From Candidatus Nitrotoga sp. (lineage in GTDB: Bacteria > Pseudomonadota > Gammaproteobacteria > Burkholderiales > Gallionellaceae), in assembly GCA_044337935.1 (NCBI GenBank), contig JBIIMQ010000001.1, forward strand, positions 1 to 42,597: 42,597 bases of DNA, in the 5' to 3' direction. Within the stretch, counting starts at the first letter, position 1, and each line of letters starts with the position of its first letter. The notes under the pieces are model-generated. The model made no database searches. It was given only the letters and a program-made list of their open reading frames with translations, and had not been told where the DNA came from. Shown piece after piece: positions 40,774 through 42,597 of this stretch. A program made the translations under genes and the position numbers.

Positions 40774-41532
40774 TTATCGGAAGAAAGATATTTTCATGAC
40801 CAGCTTGGCTAAAATTTCATAGCAAATGTAGTAACTCGCCTGCAATCCGCCGATTCCTGGTAAATAATCCGTCGGCCATTCGAGATCGCCATTTAAAATT
40901 CCGGTAGGAGCCGCAATGATCGGCAACCCCGATTTGGTGAATTCCTCTTTTGCCCGTGGCATATCAAAGCTGTGCGTGACGAGCACGACTCGCCGAATAT
41001 TCTCTTTTGCCAGCATCGCAGCAGAGAATTCCGCATTTTCGCGCGTGTTTTTTGATTTGTCTTCGCTCCAACGAACTTTAATTCCGTATTCGTTCTCCAG
41101 CACTTCCCGCATTAACTTTGCTTCTGTTTCGCCCCCCAACACTGATCCACCGGCGACGAGCACCGGCAACCCGGTATTCTTTGCGACTCGTGCCCCGTAG
41201 CGCACGCGTTCCAAGGTCAGCCGCCCCAATGTGTCCCCGCCATACTCCAGCGAATTGCGGCGAATTCCGCCACCGAGGATCACGATGGCTTGGGCGTACT
41301 TGGCTTCTTTAAGATCGAGCGGCGGCGATGCATCGAGAAAATGCATCAATTGATACGAAGCGAAGGGAGTGGACAGCGCAAGCAGATAGACCGTCGCAAT
41401 GATTGCGATCGCCCTGCCGGTGCGCGGAAATTTAGGTAGTAGAAACAGGCCAATGAGAATAATTAAGAGCAACCCGGTTGGGGGCAGAATAATTGTCTTG
41501 GCGATGGCTTTGAGTAGAAAAATATCTGGCAT
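40774..41532 (-). CDS. YdcF / DUF218 (ElyC/SanA-like) envelope protein
   Basis: Two N-terminal TM helices, AIVILGGG, EDKSKNTRENA, LVTHSFDMPRA, YEILA. Confidence 0.88.
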   Translation of the reverse strand: MPDIFLLKAIAKTIILPPTGLLLIILIGLFLLPKFPRTGRAIAIIATVYLLALSTPFASYQLMHFLDASPPLDLKEAKYAQAIVILGGGIRRNSLEYGGDTLGRLTLERVRYGARVAKNTGLPVLVAGGSVLGGETEAKLMREVLENEYGIKVRWSEDKSKNTRENAEFSAAMLAKENIRRVVLVTHSFDMPRAKEEFTKSGLPIIAAPTGILNGDLEWPTDYLPGIGGLQASYYICYEILAKLVMKISFFR

Positions 41533-41549
41533 GTTCTATAATGTAAAGG

Positions 41550-41645
41550 TCAGGATAAAGTGTGGAAACCTTGCTCGGCCTGCTCGAGCACCGTGTCGCC
41601 ATCCACATGGCGCCTGGCGGCGATGAATTTTTCGTTGGCGTTCAT
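41550..41645 (-). pseudogene. thiC: thiC scar: ThiC N-terminus fused to an internal ThiC fragment (31 codons)
   Basis: Reverse-strand translation MNANEKFIAARRHVDGDTVLEQAEQGFHTLS*. MNANEKF.A...HVD resembles betaproteobacterial ThiC starts; DTVLEQAEQG resembles the conserved ThiC RDTL(L/I)EQAEQGVDY motif. Confidence 0.65.
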
Positions 41646-41780
41646 TTGTAATGGGATGTTCGGTAGGTAACACCCGAAACTACTGGAATCCCCGCGAGAA
41701 TGCAACTAAGCCGCAAAAAAGGCTAAAGTGCGCGAGAAATCTGCCGCAACACCGTAAACGTATAGAAGAAGGAGATTCCT

Positions 41781-42578
41781 ATGCTTGCAGCAACCCGCAT
41801 GTCTATTTTTGCATTTGCGCTCGTCCTGATGGGTAGTCTGGCGCAGGCCGCGCCCGTATCCAAGAAAAAGGTCGAAGAAGTGCCGACCGGACCGGACCAT
41901 TACCATGTGGATTGGGCCTATGCTGGCGATGGTGCCCCTGAAAACTGGGGCAATCTGCACGATAGTGCCATCTGCAGCGAGGGCAAACGCCAGTCACCGA
42001 TCGACATTCGCGGCGGCAACAAGGCCGATCTCGAGCCAATCCGTTTTAACTATCGCCCGACCGAGTATCGCATCACCGACAACGGGCATACCGTGCAGGT
42101 CGACGTGGGTGAGGGCAACAGTATCGTTGTCCAGGGGCGAGAGTATTCGTTGGTGCAGCTCCACTTTCACCACCCTTCCGAGAATCGAATCAATGGCAAG
42201 GCCTACGACATGGTAATCCACTTCGTGCATCAGGACTTCGACAAGAGCCTGGCCGTGGTTGCCGTGCTGATAGAGAAAGGCTCGGAGCACCCGGTCATCC
42301 AGACCTTGTGGAACTATATGCCGCTCAAGGTTGGCATGAGTTCCGCGCCGCCGAACGCTATCATCGACCTGACGAAGCTATTGCCCGAGAAGCGCGGGTA
42401 CTACACCTACAGGGGTTCGTTGACGACGCCGCCCTGCAATGAGAACGTGCGGTGGGTAGTGATGAAGAATTCGATTCAGGTTTCGTCGCAGCAGATTGAC
42501 ATCTTTGCCAGTCATTATCCCTATAATGCGCGGCCGGTGCAGCCGGCCAATGACCGCCGGATCTTTGAATCGCCCTGA
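41781..42578 (+). CDS. cah: Periplasmic alpha-class carbonic anhydrase
   Basis: Signal peptide AQA|, WAY.G..PENWG, QSPIDI, NGHTVQV, Zn ligands QLHFH...HFVH, GSLTTPPC.E.V.W, NARPVQ; AAGGAG RBS. Confidence 0.94.
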   Translation: MLAATRMSIFAFALVLMGSLAQAAPVSKKKVEEVPTGPDHYHVDWAYAGDGAPENWGNLHDSAICSEGKRQSPIDIRGGNKADLEPIRFNYRPTEYRITDNGHTVQVDVGEGNSIVVQGREYSLVQLHFHHPSENRINGKAYDMVIHFVHQDFDKSLAVVAVLIEKGSEHPVIQTLWNYMPLKVGMSSAPPNAIIDLTKLLPEKRGYYTYRGSLTTPPCNENVRWVVMKNSIQVSSQQIDIFASHYPYNARPVQPANDRRIFESP

Positions 42579-42597
42579 GGATTTTGCGGATTGGCGC

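Noticed and set aside
41646-41780. TPP riboswitch expected upstream of the thiC scar
   Set aside because: The diagnostic CTGAGA and ACCTGAT...TAATGC...GCG.AGG elements could not be found on the minus strand.

Overview
A 42.6-kb chromosomal window from a betaproteobacterium. Gene order and protein style suggest Gallionellaceae/Nitrosomonadales, possibly a nitrite oxidiser such as Ca. Nitrotoga; this taxonomy is inference only. Core part (1-28.7 kb): 5'-truncated msbA, a 2Fe-2S/FAD/NAD reductase, an SDR epimerase-like gene, an AT-rich TIGR02466-type 2OG-Fe(II) oxygenase, an Xps-type type II secretion cluster (gspEFGHIJKLM-N/C-D, minus strand), aroQ-accB-accC-prmA-zinc-ribbon gene, a drifted AbrB/PIN toxin-antitoxin pair, and tkt-gap-pgk-pyk-fba. 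Accessory part (28.8-42.6 kb): a Nitrosomonas/Nitrobacter-type ncgA-ncgB-ncgC-nirK copper nitrite reductase operon. It is extended on the same strand by a secreted His/Cys/Met-rich DUF1264 protein, a monohaem cytochrome c and a CusB-CusA Cu(I) efflux pair lacking cusC/cusF. After that come an AlbA_2(Schlafen)-HATPase_c_4 gene, a YdcF/DUF218 gene and a GC-rich periplasmic alpha-carbonic anhydrase. Signals not evident from the ORF calls alone: an NsrR-type operator overlapping the -10 box of the ncgA promoter, an apparently decayed nsrR in the divergent position, and a 31-codon scar made of two fused thiC fragments beside the carbonic anhydrase. No rRNA, tRNA, CRISPR array or transposase was recognised. 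All family assignments are from motif recognition by eye, not database searches.
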